The notes below the pieces were generated by a model that did no database searches, was not told where the DNA came from, and worked only from the letters and a program-made list of their open reading frames with translations. A program made the translations under genes and the position numbers. From the NCBI RefSeq assembly GCF_009834535.1, contig NC_045714.1, positions 15,066,001 to 15,130,000 on the forward strand: DNA of 64,000 nucleotides. The letters are read 5' to 3'. The first letter of the stretch is position 1. Each line of letters opens with the position of its first letter. Of this stretch, positions 61,998-64,000 are shown piece by piece. Origin of the DNA: Camelus ferus (lineage: Eukaryota).

Positions 61998-63569
61998 GGC
62001 TGGTGGCTTTACCCAGAGCAGAGCTGCTGCCTGGTGGACACAGCCCAACAAGAGGCCGGCCAGCCCCAAAGGCACAGTGAACCTCTGCCGCAGGGTGTGG
62101 GTCATCCCCACTCTCCCTCCCCTCATGAGGGGAGTTAGAAGTCGGGGTCCCCGGTGTCAGTCCTGCCGTGCAAGGCCCCCCACTGGGCACAAAGGCAGCT
62201 CACCCTGAGTGACGCCACAGCCACCCCCTCTGGCGTCAGGGGCATCTGCCCTGTGCCCAGGCCCCAGGCCCCCTCACCCCAGGCTCACTGGGGTTGCTGG
62301 GAGCAGCCCAAGTGCTGGGCGGCATTTCCTCCCACGGGAGAAGCCTGGGGCAGCCGTCTGGTCTCCGGTGTCTGGGAGCAGCTTCCTGGCGCTCACGCCG
62401 CCCACAACCTGGATGGCCACAGCGGACACCCGCCAGCTGTGCAGTGGCACCGGCACCCAGGGGACAGACCCAGGGTCCCGACAGGCCGGGCCAAAGGCAG
62501 GCTGGTGGAACCAACCCTAACCAGCAGGAGCGGGACCCTGATCAGACCCCTACCGAGCATCCAGGCACAGCAGGCTCCGGCCTCCATCACAGCCACCCCT
62601 GCAGATGCCAAGAGGGAAGCAGATGAGAAAACAAAGGCCACAGTGTCACGCTGCCCACAGGAGTGGGGAGAGGCTGGGAAGCTGACCAGAAGCCAGCCCT
62701 CCTCGCTGGGGGGAGCCAGCCAGTCTGCTGCAAGAAGACCAGACAGCTTAAGAGCCCTGCACCCCGGACCCCGGGTCACACAGAGGCAGGGACCCTCGCC
62801 ACCATCTCCCTGAAGTGTGCCGCCTGGGCCCCCACCCATCCTGCTGCTCGGACCCCCAGCCATGGGCACGTCACCACTGAAATGGCACCAACTGGGCGGC
62901 CCAGCGCGGTGACCCTGAGCACTGTGGCCTGGACGCCAGGCCCCTGCACACGTGTGGCTGCGCCGGCTCTGCAGCTCCGTTCCTGAAGCACGCCCGCTGG
63001 AGTGTGGGAAAACACCGAGCGGAACATTTTCTCTGATTCCTTAAACAAGCTGTGCAGCCTCTCCTGAGACATCGTAAAGGGGGTCCATGCATCAAGCAAC
63101 CAGATTTCTTTATCTTCCAGAACACAGGTCAGCGAGGCCATCTGTGGGTCTGCCAGGAGCCTGTCCGCTCTCCTGGACCTGAGAGCTCCTTACTCTGGGA
63201 CCTCCTGCACCCCACAAATGCCAGGCCGTAGCGGGGGGACACCACCCCAGGTGACCCTGTACCTGCTCAGGCCTGACGGCTGCCCCAGCTGAGGCCATCA
63301 CGGCCCCAGGACAGGGCTGTGTGGACGGCATCATAGCTGATACGTGGCGCTGCCCTGGGCCCAGCCACCCGTCCACCCCCCTCACGGTTTCCGTGCCAAA
63401 CGCCTGGGAACGGTCACCAGGCACTGTCCTAAGAGGCGAGGCATTTTGGTACATGCAGGAGCGTGTGTGAGCGCGTGTGGCTGGGAGCTGGGGCGGGAGG
63501 GCTGGCGCCTCCCTGGGGAAGGCACACGAAGCAGGAGACGGGGACAGTCCCCGTGTCCCATCACACACA

Positions 63570-63770
63570 GTAGCCACGGTCCACCACGTACCATGCTGAG
63601 ACCACCTTTCACGCCATGATTTTTATCTGTAAGTTCTTAAATGTGTGAGTGTGTCATATTTGATTAGACAGAAATCCTCCTGTAGAACGTGTATGTTGTC
63701 TAGGTTTTCTACCCTATGAATGATGCTCCGTAAGGTCCCCACGGGAGAACATCTGCACTCAGAGATAGAC
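63570..63770 (-). mobile_element. Antisense old L1 3'-end fragment
   Basis: AT-rich tcatatttgattagacagaaatcctcctgtagaacgtgtatgttgtctaggttttctaccctatgaatgatgct resembles an antisense L1M 3' end. Confidence 0.45.
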
Positions 63771-64000
63771 CCTGAGTCGCGCGCCAAGCAGGCCCGTGCG
63801 CCGCGCTCTCAGCCTCCTGAGGGCACGGGGGACACAGACCACGGCCACACTGCCAGCAGCACTGCACCCTGCAGACTCAGCCGGCGGGCCGGGGAGGCAA
63901 GCAGAGCGTCCAGCAGCTCTGCCGTGGGTGAGGAGCCAGCCCTCCCCAAGCAGGGCTCCCACGCCCCGACGGAGGGCCCCCCCCAGCCAGGGAGTCCCGC

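Overview
GC-rich mammalian genomic DNA, probably a camelid (a Vic-1-type tRNA-derived SINE sits at about 36.6 kb). It is syntenic with human 20q13.33: STMN3 exon 1 (-, at the window edge), RTEL1 (+), TNFRSF6B/DcR3 (+), ARFRP1 (-), ZGPAT (+), LIME1 (+), SLC2A4RG (+) and the last two exons of ZBTB46 (-). Exon chains were built by hand from splice sites, phase continuity and recalled human proteins. ARFRP1, ZGPAT, LIME1, SLC2A4RG and the ZBTB46 exons are intact. The anomalies cluster in RTEL1 and TNFRSF6B. (1) TNFRSF6B is a unitary pseudogene with nonsense codons, a dead acceptor and frameshifts. (2) A 129-bp in-frame tandem duplication creates a second acceptor for RTEL1 exon 8 and duplicates the Fe-S ligand motif CPYY. 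(3) A 55-bp duplication copies the RTEL1 exon 15 donor. (4) A +1 frameshift/TGA in RTEL1 exon 32 lies upstream of the PIP box, next to a GC-AG intron packed with G-tracts. (5) The RING-coding segment is intact but not joined in frame. The RTEL1 oddities could be real alleles or assembly artefacts, and raw reads are needed to decide. Human comparisons and repeat-family names come from memory and need alignment confirmation.
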